Positions 41,240 through 53,099 of a DNA stretch of 64,000 nt are shown in pieces. Where the stretch lies: NCBI GenBank assembly GCA_024679065.1, contig JAGIQG010000016.1, positions 52,638,001 to 52,702,000 of the forward strand, given 5' to 3'. The notes under the pieces were generated by a model that searched no databases, was not told where the DNA came from, and saw only the letters and a program-made list of their open reading frames with translations. A program made the position numbers and the translations under genes. Source of the stretch: Sphyrna mokarran (lineage: Eukaryota). Every line of letters begins with the position of its first letter. Position 1 is the stretch's first letter.

Positions 41240-41546
41240 GGCATAGAAGAAGGTAATTTGGCTCCCAATAAGTAGAATTCCCTTGGGTCCCATTCCCCCA
41301 CCCTTTCCTGTGGTGCAGCAATTTTTTGTTCATTTAGATCATTATCTAATTCTGTTTTTAAGTTACAATTGAATATACCTCCACCAGGTTCTCAGGCAAT
41401 GCAGTCCAGATCCTTTAAAAGATCTTTCTTGGTGTCACCTTTGGACCTTTTGCTCTGCAGCTTGAATCAGCACCCTCTGCTATCTTTTCCTTTAACATCT
41501 TCTCCCTACCTACTCTGTCCAGACCCCTTATGATTTTGAGCAACTC
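41240..41546 (-). mobile_element. CR1 3' fragment, decayed
   Basis: Reverse-complemented remnants of KI..GLDRV and 3'UTR. Confidence 0.65.
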
Positions 41547-41680
41547 ATTTGGCAGCCAGTGGCCAAAGTAGCTGGGACTCCCGAGCCTTTGAAGTGGGCT
41601 GGTTCACGCTTGGTGACCCGAGTGGCTCTAGTTTCCAGGGGCTGTCTGGGAGGAAGGCAGGTGTGATGAGAGAGGAGAGC
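41544..41680. repeat. Diverged local copy of the promoter segment 40291-~40455
   Basis: ctcatttggcagccagtggccaaagtagctgggactcccgag aligns with ctcatttggcagccagcggccaccgtagcggggagtctcgag. Confidence 0.85.
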
Positions 41681-41681
41681 C

Positions 41682-41818
41682 AGCTCTGATGAAGGGTCAT
41701 TGAGACTTGAAACTTTAGCTCTGTTTCCTGCAGATGCTGTCAGACCTGCTGAGATCTTCCAGTATTTTCTGTTTTTTGTTTCAGATTCCAACACTTGCTG
41801 TAATTTGCTTTTATCTTG
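41682..41818 (+). mobile_element. Penelope-type terminal repeat with hammerhead-like core
   Basis: agct-CTGATGA-a-gggtc-attga-gactt-GAAA-cttt-agct, then cagatgctgtcagacctgctgag...atttgcttttatcttg. Confidence 0.75.
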
Positions 41819-41879
41819 AGGAAAACTTGGGTTCTACTACTGACTCTCAGCAATCTCCACTTTATACCCTCCTCCAGTA

Positions 41880-42250
41880 CAAATAACCACAATCACCAGT
41901 GTTTCATGTCACTCAGCTACTTAACCACTACTTTTGTTGGAAATGCTCATTGCATGATACTTGTGGTGTGAATTTTGTATGCCACTTATCAGCCCAGAGC
42001 TGAATGTTCTCCAGGTCTTTATGCAGGCATGGACTGCTTCGTCTGAGGAGTTGTGAATGGAATTGAACACTATATGGCCATCAACTCACATTTTCTCTTC
42101 TAATGGAAGGAAAATAATTATGAAGCAGCTGGAGATGGCTGGGGTCTGAGATACTGCAGGACTCCTGAGAAATGTCCCAGGGCTCAGGTGATTGGCCTCT
42201 AACAATGACAACCATCTCTGTTTGTGTGAGGTCGAACTCCAGCCAGTTTA
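41880..42250 (-). mobile_element. CR1-group LINE RT fragment
   Basis: Remnants of V..GQS....I...VPQGS.L.P..F..FIND on the minus strand. Confidence 0.65.
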
Positions 42251-42284
42251 TCTCCTGACTCTTAATTTTATTCAAGCACCTCGC

Positions 42285-42423
42285 GCTCTAACGAAGGGTC
42301 ATTAGACTCGAAATGTTGGCTCTACTGTCTCTCCACAAATGCTGTCAGAACTGCTGAGATTTTCCAGTATTTTTCTGTATTTGTTTTAGATTCCAGCATC
42401 CACAGTAATTTGCGTTTATCTTG
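42285..42423 (+). mobile_element. Second Penelope-type terminal repeat with mutated hammerhead-like core
   Basis: gct-CTAACGA-a-gggtc-atta-gactc-GAAA-tgtt-ggc; same 3' end (tttatcttg) as 41682-41818. Confidence 0.75.
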
Positions 42424-42879
42424 ATTCTATATTTGATGTCAGTGGCAGCTACTTTCAGTTCACGTTAAATCCCTCAGCTGCCTTCACTCCCCCAATTTAT
42501 TTGCAACTTCACCTTCAAAGTCCCCGATAGCCTTTTTACATTTGGCTTTTTTGCCCTCCATTAATCACAGCATTTCTACAGTTTCCAATTTGCTCAGCCA
42601 CAGCCTCACCTCTGCCTTCAAGGTCTTGTCTCTGTTAAAACCATTACTCTCACCCTGACCATTCCATCTGATCAGACCCCCATCTCTGCTTTCTTAAGTG
42701 CAAGGGATCCAGACAAAATGGATCTGGTAGATAACAACCATTGACCATCAGATATGACTGGACATGTAAAGCACCATCAGGTTTTGCTCTTACTACTAAA
42801 ATTGTTCACTGTTCCAGGGTCAACCTGCAATGCAATGGTAATGCCTGGTTTATGTTCTCAACTACAAATTGTTGTCTTA

Positions 42880-43408
42880 AGATCATAAAAACATTGGAGC
42901 AGATATAGGCCATTCAGTCCATTGAGTCTACTTCCCCATTCAATGATATCATTATTGATCTGATAATTCTAAGATCCACTTTATCTCCTTAACCCTTAAT
43001 CCCCTTCCTAATTCAAAATCTGTCTCAGCCTGGAATCTACTTAATGACCCAACCTCTGCAGTCTTCTGCATTAAAGAATTCCACAGATTCACTACCCTTG
43101 GAAGAAATCTCCTCACCTCTGCCTTAGATGGGTGACTCCTTACTCTGGATATGCTTTATGATCCTAAACTGTCCCACAAAGAAAAATAACCTGTCAGTAT
43201 CTACCCTGCCAAGTGCACCCCCACCCCTGAGAACCCTATATGTCTCAAAAGGTTGTTTCTCATTTTTCTAAACTCTAATGAGTGCAGACCCAGTCTCTCC
43301 TCATTAGAAAATTCCTCCATACTCAGGATCAACCTAGTGACTGCTCTCTGGATTGTATCCAATGCCAATGTATCTTTGTTTAGATAAAGAAGACAAAAAC
43401 TGTTCACT
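42880..43408 (-). mobile_element. CR1 3' fragment
   Basis: KDTLALDTIQR..TRLI..M...NEERLGLHSLEFRKMR plus 3'UTR. Confidence 0.85.
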
Positions 43409-43684
43409 GCCTCCTCCTCATTTCCAACAACTAGTGCAGAGCGCACAAATTTCTTTTATTAATACTGACACCAATCAAGTGTCTCTGCCAACCCCCCCCC
43501 CCCCCCAACTTTTCTATAATTCAGTAACACCAAATTTTGTTGAAAGCTCACTCCTACCCTAACCCTTAACTAATCTCTCTCCTATTTCTTCTCACACCTT
43601 CTCTGAGCTGATCTCGTGCATGAGACTAATCTTCTCTTCTCTAGATTCTTTTCCCACTAAGCTACTGACTACCCAACTTTTCTA

Positions 43685-44760
43685 AAAAGCATAAAAATGT
43701 GGATGCTGGAATCTGAAACTGAATGAGAAAATTGGAAGAATTCAGCAGATCTGGCAGCATCTCTAAGGAGAGAAAACAGTTAATGCTTTGAGTCTGCATG
43801 ATGATGCTTCAGAACTAAAGAGAGAAAAAAATGTGATTATACACAAAAGAAGTAGAACAGCTGGGACAGTGATCACTGGTTTCTAGGAGAGATTGTAACA
43901 AAACCTAAGAATAAGTGACGGATGACCTGATGGGGAAGGGAGAGGATTTTTGCAAAGTAAGGAAATAAATGCTTAGGATATGCAAAAAAAGGACACCATT
44001 TAAAGTTGTTGAACATGATGTCAAGTCTGAGGGCTATAACATTCATAATCGGAAGATAAGGTGCTCCGCTAGTTTGCGTTTGGTTTCATGAGAGCATTGA
44101 GTAGCCAACGATGAATATGTGGGCATGCAAATATAATGCTGAGCTGAATGGCAAGCAAGAGGAAGATTGGGATCATGCTGGCAGGCGTAGCAAAATTGTT
44201 CTGTAAAGTGGTCACCCAGTCTGTGTTTAGTCTCCTCAATGTAGAGGAGACTGCTATGGAAGCAACAAATAGATCAAATTGAAGGAAGTGCAAGTGAAAT
44301 GTTGTTTTGCCTGAATGAGGTGCTTGGGACCTTGAACAATGAGGAGGGAGGACATAAAGAGGCAGCTGTTTGTTGCACCTTCTGTGATTGGAAGGGAAGG
44401 TGCTGTGGGAAGGGGATGAGGAGTTTGGTGTGATGGAGGAATGGATCAGGATGTAACAGAGCATGTTCCTCTGCTTCCCTTCACCTTCCCTTGCAGTTTG
44501 TTGGCCCGGAGGTGAAGGAAAGATGTATTTTATGGTGGCATCACACTGGATTTGGCAGAGCGTAATCCTTTGAATGCAGAGGTTGGTGGGATGGAAAGTG
44601 AGGACAAGCAGGACCCTATCATGGTTATCTGAAAGAGGGGAAGATGTGAGGGCAGAGATGCAAGAAAAGGGTCAAACTCTGAGTGTACTGTAAACCACCT
44701 AAGGTGGGGGGAAACCTTGAAAAGCACAGATATGTTAGAAGCACCATTTCTTTCTTTCCA
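43685..44760 (-). mobile_element. Penelope-like element fragment
   Basis: Terminal motif gatgctgccagatctgctga; GIY-YIG-region remnants (Y.EETK.RLGD.F.E.). Confidence 0.7.
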
Positions 44761-45039
44761 ACATTCTCCCTAGTTTTCTTATTAGCAGATGTTGTTAACG
44801 TTTCTCTACCCTCAGGTACTATGTCCTCTCCTTCAATCATGGTGTCATCACCCTTGCTTAAAAAAATAATTGACACCTCCATTGTGGCAAATTACTGTCT
44901 CATCTCCAACCTCCCTTTCCTATTTAAAGTTCTTGAACATGTTCTTACATCTCACATTTGTATTTGTCTTTCCTGGAATTCCATGTGTTAAGTGAGTTGC
45001 TTTTATTTATTTAAAAATAAATTTAAATAATTTATTTTT

Positions 45040-46219
45040 GTTTTTGTGCACATTAAAAATAAGGTATATCTTTAAGTTTAAGATTAATTTGTACTTCTGT
45101 ATTTTTTGCCAAGAAAGTGTTAAAACCTCAGTTTTTGCTTTATGTAAAAAAAAAGTCTGTAGGGGTTTAGATGCCGATATTGAAACGGGGTTTTACAATG
45201 TTAGAACAAATATGGGGTTTTAAAAAAATAAAACTAAACAGCTGCATAACAATCAGAAGCCCACTCAGAAAAGCAGAAGCTGTTCATACAGTTGCAAGTA
45301 GGTTAACGAGGAAATTTCCCAGAAAACTGCTAGAATAGGCAGTACAATGCAGAAGGACAGAGTCCAAGGCCCAGATTAAGGAACAGAACATCCCAGAAAC
45401 CAGGGAATTGGGCAGAAGAGTTCCATGAAGACTGTGAAGTCAAAGGATCAAAGAATAGGACTCTGGAAAAAGGGTTCTGTTTAGTGAACTTAGAACTTAA
45501 AGCAAGATGCAGAAAAAGGGTTCTGAAGTAGAGACGGCTGCAGGAAGCAGGTATAAAATTAACTTGAGAAGCCAGATATCCAGTGATCAAAAGGTTGCTG
45601 CCACCTTCATAAATCCTGTGAAACTGTTGGCATTGCTGGGCACCTGAGAGATCGTGTGGAAACTTGACTGCAAGTGATGACCAGGGCATAGGAATACTAG
45701 ACTAGAAGTTTGAAACTCTGGAAATGGATCCTTGGTGAAGCTGAAAGGAGGTCTGAAGGTGTGTTTTTTGAGAGTGGAGTTTGGAAACCCTCATGTTAAA
45801 GTCGGAGTTCCAGAATGACCAATTAGTTCATAGTCTGATGAGCATCTGGATGGAATTGATGAAAAATCTGCAAGTTGATTGGGTGGCATTAGTCACGTTA
45901 TTTCAGAGTGTAGAATGACCACATTTTACCTATTGGTTTACATGAACTGTGTAGTTACTGAGAACATTAGAGTACAAGATAAATTGTTTAACTTGTTATT
46001 CTTACACATCTGTCTGTCTTGAAAAATATAACTGTATGAAAAGTACAGTAAAGTATGAAAAGTATGTCAAACTTTTCTTGTTTAATGAATGTTTTATTCT
46101 TTTATTACAAGTTCTGTGGTAGTCCTGTGAATCTGTTCATCCATGTATCTAAACAAAAAAATTAAAAGTTAGGATCTATAAGCCAGATTGTTCTGTAATA
46201 TCAGCTGGGATCGTAATAC
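45040..46219 (+). mobile_element. Probable solo LTR or LTR-like repeat
   Basis: Non-coding block that splits the L2 RT exactly and ends ...ctgggatcgtaata (LTR-like terminus). Confidence 0.45.
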
Positions 46220-46299
46220 ATTCCTGAATCCCATCAATCAAATTCGTCCTTGCCACAGTATCAAAACAGCTCTTGTCCAAGTCACAAATGACTTCCACA

Positions 46300-48750
46300 T
46301 TGTAATGTAACAGCTAGTCATATTGTAATATTGTCACTCAGTTGAGAGTTGTGAATAAAAGTTGCGTAACAACGTGGCAAATTGAGTAGAGGATTCGTGT
46401 GAGTTATTTCCAATCCAAAACAGCACAAAGATGGCAAAATGCTGGGATTCAAACCCATACATGCAAAACAAACAGTCTTAGATCAACTTCAAGAGTATGG
46501 CATCAAAACAAAACAAGATAAGTGTTACTTCATGGTGTCAAGTGTAATATACCTGGGTCAACAAATGGCTGTTGAAGATATCCATTCACCCTAGGACAAG
46601 GTTGAAGACATTTTGAAGGCAGAGACGAGAGAGCAATACACAACAATTCCAATGAATGTCCTAAGTTCCTCCCTGACTTAGCTAATATATTTTCCCCATT
46701 ATATCAACTGTCCAAAGATTAAATAACTTGGGAGTGATCTGTAAAGTGCCAGATGGCAATTGAAGAAGTGAATTAATTACTGAATAACAATGCTGTTTTG
46801 GCCCACAGTGATTCTAGGTAACAACTGATTTTAGCACATGATACCTCACCCCAAGGGTTTGTATCTGCTTCATGTTTGTTAACAAAGCCACTGCAATATT
46901 ACTGAAATTGGGAAAGAGGCATTAGTCATCATATATGTTATAAAGTTACACAAACGCCTGTATGGTAGGAAATTCATTTTGTTAACTGACACCCTAGCCC
47001 TGACAATGAACCTGCAGAATAAATCTAAATCTTCTACCACCTGTGACCCAGATCTAAGGTTATTCTTGTAACTGAACTACAATATGCAGACAAATCCATT
47101 GGCAGGAGTATTGCACAATATCAGTGCTTCTGCCCAGCCCAACAACCCCAGCATTGACTACGCTAAATCAGCTCCGCTGGACGGGCCACAACATCCAAAT
47201 GCCTCACACAAGATTCCCAAGAAAAGCATTCTACTGGGATCTTCAATACAGCTAGCAAGCACCTGGAGGGTAGAGGAATTGCTTCAAAGACACTCTCAAA
47301 ATCTTGAAAAAGTGACATCCCCAATAATACCTGGGAATCCTTGGCCCAAGACTGCCCGAAATGGAAGAAAAGTATCTGGGAAGAAAAGCACCTGAGAAGA
47401 AGCTGGACAGAGATTCATCGCTTGGAAGCAAGTCATCCTTAGCTTAGAGGGATGAGCCAGAGAAGCCTAAGCAATTTGGTTCAAAGAAACCTCTAGTGGC
47501 AGCACAGCAATAAATTGTTTACTTTTATGACCCATCAGTATGATATTCAATTTCATAAGTCAGCAGATCATGCTATATGTGGATGTTCTTTTGAGATTTC
47601 TCATGAAGACATCAAGTTGCTCGCGAATTACTTACAGAAATATCAGTGTCTATCTGAGAAATTAGTGAAGAAACTCACAGGGATCTTATCAATTATGTCA
47701 TGAATGGTTGGCATGAACAGTAATGCAATGAGAAACAGGAATATTTCACATATGGAAATGAATTGAGTGTTGATTGAGTGTTTCATTTGGGTTTAAGATT
47801 CATTGTTCCACCAAAAATTTAGAGAGGGATTGTTAGAGGAACCACATCAAGACCACACAAATAGTCTGTATGAAAGCAGTAGCAAAAAGCCATTGGATAT
47901 CAGAGATATTGAAGAATTCATAGAAAGTTGTGCATTATTTTCTCTACATTCAAGGTCAAATACAAGAAAATCATGGGAACAAGTACATATCAATTTTGTG
48001 GAAGTGAAAGAGAAAGAGTACCTTGTTTAGGTCAATTATCATAACACTTGGATAAAGTTTGAATTTATCCTTATGCCAAAACTATAAGGTTTTGAGAAGT
48101 TGGTTTGCAATTTATGGGTTGCCAGAAATGTTAATGTCAGACAATGGCCCAAGAATTTACCTCAGAGAAGTTTGAAATATTTTGGAGTAAAAATCGAGTC
48201 AATCACACTCCCATAATATCATTTCATCCTGTGTCCAATGCTGCTGCAAAAAGAAGTGTACAAATTGTGAAGAGATCTTTGCAATATATTTGCTATGTAC
48301 TAAGCTAGGCAGTGATTTCTATATTACAAGTTCAATAATGTTATGTTTTCCTGTAGAATAACCCACAGATTACAACTGGTTGCTCACCTTACAAGTTATT
48401 GGTCAAACAAGCTCCAGAGACAAAAGTTTAGTTTGTTTAAGCTTAATGTCAATGGCAAATTAAGCAAAAGGCTAGACAAAGTGAAATTGAAACTTAGATG
48501 TTCAATGCTATTAGGTCATCGTGAAAAACGGGATGCAGTGGTAAAGAGAAGTATGGGATTGGATTTGCTGTAAGGAGACTAGGTGCATTCATGTATCTAG
48601 TAAAGATTAGAGGAAGACTCCACTGATGTCAAGTAGATAATTTGTTTAAAAGGGAAATTTACACAAAAGGAGAGCAAAACCTCCTGTGTCCAAATTTCCC
48701 CTGTAACCTAAAGTGAAAGTCAAAGAAAGTGGAAGTCACAAAAAAATTAA
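46300..48750 (+). mobile_element. Gypsy LTR retrotransposon remnant with an RTE fragment nested at ~47075-47400
   Basis: tgtaat start and aataaa at ~46355; RNase H remnants (D.SP.G, KF.L.TD..) and integrase SDNGP..TS..F and HP.SN.AA.RSVQ. Confidence 0.75.
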
Positions 48751-50509
48751 AGTTTGCCAATATCTCAGAATCCACCAGTACAACAAAGCAACCAATATAG
48801 GTCTGTCCTAAGTTTTTTAGATTTTGTGGACCTCTTGCACAAACTCAAACTTTGACTGTAGTAAGCTTTACTTCCTATTAAGAGGTACTAAACAGCCAGT
48901 TGTTTAGTACCTCCGAGCTGTTCATAAGGCTTTCAATCACACAATTGAAAGTGATGAACATGTTCCCAAAGCTTCCCGTACTAGAACTTTTTGTAGGAAA
49001 TGTTCTTTAGCCCAATCCAGATTTATGGCAACTTTCTTTAAGGACGCAAAGCACATCTCCAATTCCCCCTGTTCCCTCACCAACTTAAGGTACTAAGTGC
49101 AAATTTTTCATCATATTAAACTAAAGAGGAGTTCTTTCTGAGTCATCCTTGCTTCTTGTCAACTCAGTTCATATAATTGGAATTCATATTCCTGTTTTTT
49201 CATCTCTCGCCTATCTATCTTTTCCACTCAGTCAACCTTGCTCCAATTCTTTTTCAATTCTCTCCAGTTGTACTTGTTTACCAATGGAACAGTTCCTTTC
49301 TTCCTCAAGTTCCAAATGCCTACAATTAATTCTTTTAAGGATCCAGTCACACTTAGCTTCTGATTTTATATTAATTCCCATATGCTAGCTAGAGTTTATG
49401 AATCATCTTGTCATAATTGTTCTAAGTTTCTGAGAATCTGGTACTCTCCTTGTTACTCATGTTGTTTTCCCAAAGCAATACAGCAAAAGCAAACATAAAA
49501 TGATATTTATTTAAATGCAGGAAGTTGCAGTGAACCTGTTTCAGTCTCTGGGTTCATATCCCAGATTCAGGCTATCATGGGGAAAACCATAATGATCCCC
49601 ATATGTAGAAATTACGAACAAGATTCCACTTTGAGCACAAACATAACCAATGCAAATTAAATGTATTAATAGGCAAATGATATTTCAATTAAAAAGGTAA
49701 CTTTCACTTTTAATAGTTCATACAACAAAGATACATCTAATATCACTGCAAGCACCCAATCTCTGTCTGCACAACTGTAACACTACACAATTGCACAGTA
49801 TTCATGCCAGGTGGGTTAGAAGTCCTATCCAACAACAGCTTTCACCTTTGAGTTTCACATCAGCAAGGCACATTTCCATAAACTTTCTCTCCTTCAGGCC
49901 ATAAATGGTGCAGATTTCTAGAGTTCCTTTTCAACTGAGCAACCAGTAATACTGTTGTTCACAGTTCGGCCAGTTCTGGGAAAATAGCCAACTGTTTAGT
50001 ACCTTTGAGCTATTCATAATGCTTTCAAGTTTTAGAGCTTTTAGAAATCACTCTCGCAATACCTCCAGGAACTCCAGTCTCTTTTTCTGCCAAATAGTAA
50101 AACTAAATTCTTCCTGAGAGAGATTTGCTTCTTCTCCTTACTAGAATACTGTGTTCCTCTTCCTGTTTTTGCTTTCTCTTTGCATAAAAATTTACGACTC
50201 TCAGAAATTCACTGCCATTTAATGCTCAATTGAGAATTGTTTGGTAGTGTACAGAACTTCCATTGTTCTTGCAAGGAAGTCCCAGCTTGCTTTGGCCAGA
50301 AGAGGTACTGCTGAACTCTGGCTGGAACTAAATCCCAAGACTGTTCCTAAAGTTATGTTCTGGGTGGAATAGTGGGGAATGCCCTGGGCGACTGCAGCAC
50401 TGAGGGTGGAGGGGGGAGGGGAGGGGGGGTTGGGGGGAGAGAGAAGGAAGAGCTGGATATTCTATATTCTGAAGGAGATAGCACCCCAAATCTGAAAGGG
50501 CCTCTAGAT

Positions 50510-50900
50510 TTATGTGCACCCTGTCAAGTTCTGTAAGAATTTTTTATACTTCAATGAGGCCTCAATCTTTAAACTCCAAAAGATACAGGCCCGGTCTCCT
50601 CAGTATTTTCTCAAAGTACAATTCTACCATCACTGGGATTAGTCTAGTAAATTTTTGTTGCACTCTCTAGGAGACTAAACTGCATACAATACTTCAGGTA
50701 TGGTCTCATCAAAGTACTGTACAATTGCAGTAAGACTTCCTTACTCCTATATTAAATTCTCTTGAAATAAATGCTAACATACCATTTGCCTTCCTCATTA
50801 TTTGTTGCATTGTATGTTAGATTTCAGTGTCTTATGAATAAAGACACCCAGATCCCTTTAGACATCAACACTTCCTAATTTCTTCCCATTTAACAAATAC
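50510..50900 (-). mobile_element. CR1 fragment
   Basis: KANGMLAFISR..EY.SKEVLLQLY..L.RP.L.YC.QF remnant. Confidence 0.8.
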
Positions 50901-50973
50901 TATGGAATCAAGACTAAATAGATTGAGACAGTCTCTCCCTTTGTGGTCCATGATTGAGAATAGCAGAAAAACT

Positions 50974-51023
50974 GATTGCCTGCCTGTTCGTTTTGCCAGA
51001 TTGCCTGCCTGTTCGTTTTGCCA
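50974..51023. repeat. Perfect 25-bp tandem duplication
   Basis: gattgcctgcctgttcgttttgcca x2. Confidence 0.95.
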
Positions 51024-51514
51024 TGCAATCTAAAGGTCGTACAGGCCACGCAATTGTCTAGGCAATGGGGCTGATCATCCCTTCAACTGGTTCCATAATT
51101 GTTGGTGGACACGACGCCTATTTGTGCCTGTGCCTGCCAACCAAAATATCGTATGGAATACCTGAAGTCATCATGTGCTATTTTACGCTCTTCTGGAGTG
51201 GACATGCACCCACCCTGCATATATAATACTCTGCACTTTGTGTGTGGTCTTTTGCACCAATTCTCTTCAGCTTCCAGCTCCTTTCTTTTGTGTATACAGT
51301 TGTCCTTTATGAATGCTTTCATAAGTTAACTTCTGTTAACTAACTGATTCCAAGTGGGACCAGTTATCCGATTAGCTACGAAAATTACAATTGATCTCTT
51401 TACACTTAATGCAAACTTTAAAAAGTACTTTTTAAACATTCGTCAAAAACAATTTCAGATTCCACAGAAATTTCCCTTATTGTACTGCTTCTGAATGATC
51501 AAACATACATATAA

Positions 51515-51930
51515 ATAAAAACAAGTAGCACTGAAATACTTAACAGGTCAGGCAGCATCAGTGAAGAAAAACACAGCTAACATTTCAGGTTGATTACTTT
51601 TCATCAGATTTGAAGTTAGAAATGTAAGAGATTTTATGCTGATAGAAGGAGACAGGAACAGGAGGAACAAAAGTAGTTGTGATAGGGTGGAGGGGTAGGT
51701 AATGTTATAGTAAAATAACAAAGGTTGTGTCCAGATCAGGCATGAATGGCAATACATCAGCAATTTGAACACAACATGAAGCAAAAAAAAACACATAGGA
51801 CAAGATGGGGGCAGAGGTTAAGATCTAAAATTGTTAAACTCAGTATTGAATTCAAAAGCTGTAATGTGCTCAGACTAAAGAGGAGGTGCTGCTCCTCAAT
51901 CTTGCATAGAGTTTTACTGGAACACTGCAT
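51515..51930 (-). mobile_element. Penelope-like 3' fragment with hammerhead-like core
   Basis: CKIEEQHLLFSLSTLQ (Penelope C-terminal motif); CTGATGA...GAAAtgtt at 51607-51579. Confidence 0.75.
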
Positions 51931-53099
51931 GCCATCGTACATTTTGATAAGTAACTTTGATAAAAGTTGAGGCAGGGGGAACATGGGGGTTAGTTCAATT
52001 AATCTGACAGCTTGTGGAGCAGATTAATTCCAATAGCATGGTGTTTGACCCCTGTTCCAGCTGAGGTGGTCTGGGAACCTCCCTCCTTGACCTACACGTA
52101 TTAAATCACACTACTTTGCTATGGTTTAGTGAATAATTACCAAGGAACTGCCTTTGGCCAGCAAACCCAAGTAGAAGCTTGATGAGATTTTAAAAATTCT
52201 TGTGGTTTTCAGTAGTTTTTTTTTAAACTTGGGGCACAGTGTAGTTTGTTGTAAGACCTGATCATATTGTGTATCATTATGTAAGTTATTTCTAGTCTAT
52301 TACACCATACAAGTTTCTATGACAATACTAAACTTGCCCCATTGTGATACTTGACCTTTCTTCAATCTTTGACATGATTTGTAACAGCATCCTCTTCTCC
52401 ACCATCACTCAGCTTGGTGAATCTGCTCTCAACTGGGTTTTTTCTATCTATCTGATCAAAGCCATGGAATTGCTTGCAATGGCTTCTCTGCTCATTCCTA
52501 CACATATACTCCAGAGCCCCCAAGGATTCTGCCCCTCCTGTTTCTCATCAACATGCTGAGCTTGATTACGTCATCTGGAAACAAATTGTCAATTTCTACA
52601 TGTGTGCTAATGACACCCAACTCTACGTCACTGTCAAGGATTTGCCTAGCAGCAAAAGTAACTAGAATTTTAAAAGGCCTGAAAGATAGAAATCTGCCTG
52701 GCAACAGTAACTGCCAGCATTTCCAGGGGCAGGGAAGCTTCTAAAAGGCATGAGAGTATCTAAGGATGATCAGGTGTGAATTGCTTTAGGAGTAGAAACA
52801 GACTACTTAGATGACTGATATAGAAATATTAAGCTTCCCATGCAGAGATAACTTAAATGTTGAGTGAGTTCAAGGTGATAGAAATGCTAAATTCATAAAA
52901 GAAAAGAATTCCAGATGTGTAGACAGCCAACCCTTGAATTTGAAATAACAAAAGGAAAAACAGTATAACTGTTACCTCCCCCAACCCTCACCCACCACAC
53001 CCCCCCTCCCCACTCTCTCCCTCAGAAGCAGACAAGAGAGCCCAAACCCCACAGCCAAAGGCCAATCTAAAACTTGGAGCCAGGAGGCTAAGATCCATT

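Larger units (their letters stand above)
42480..52640 (+). mobile_element. L2 LINE broken into five collinear pieces (~42480-42880, 43410-43680, 44765-44990, 46220-46300, 52320-52640)
   Basis: Successive L2 RT motifs appear in order: LD..PTKLL; LADVVN.SL.SG...PLLKK..D....NY..ISNLPFL.KVLE; F.PCHS..TALV.VTND; ILDLSS.FD; M.A.DTQLY. Confidence 0.75.

Noticed and set aside
43557-43572. Telomere-like ccctaacccttaac
   Set aside because: Under three imperfect units and inside an L2 fragment.
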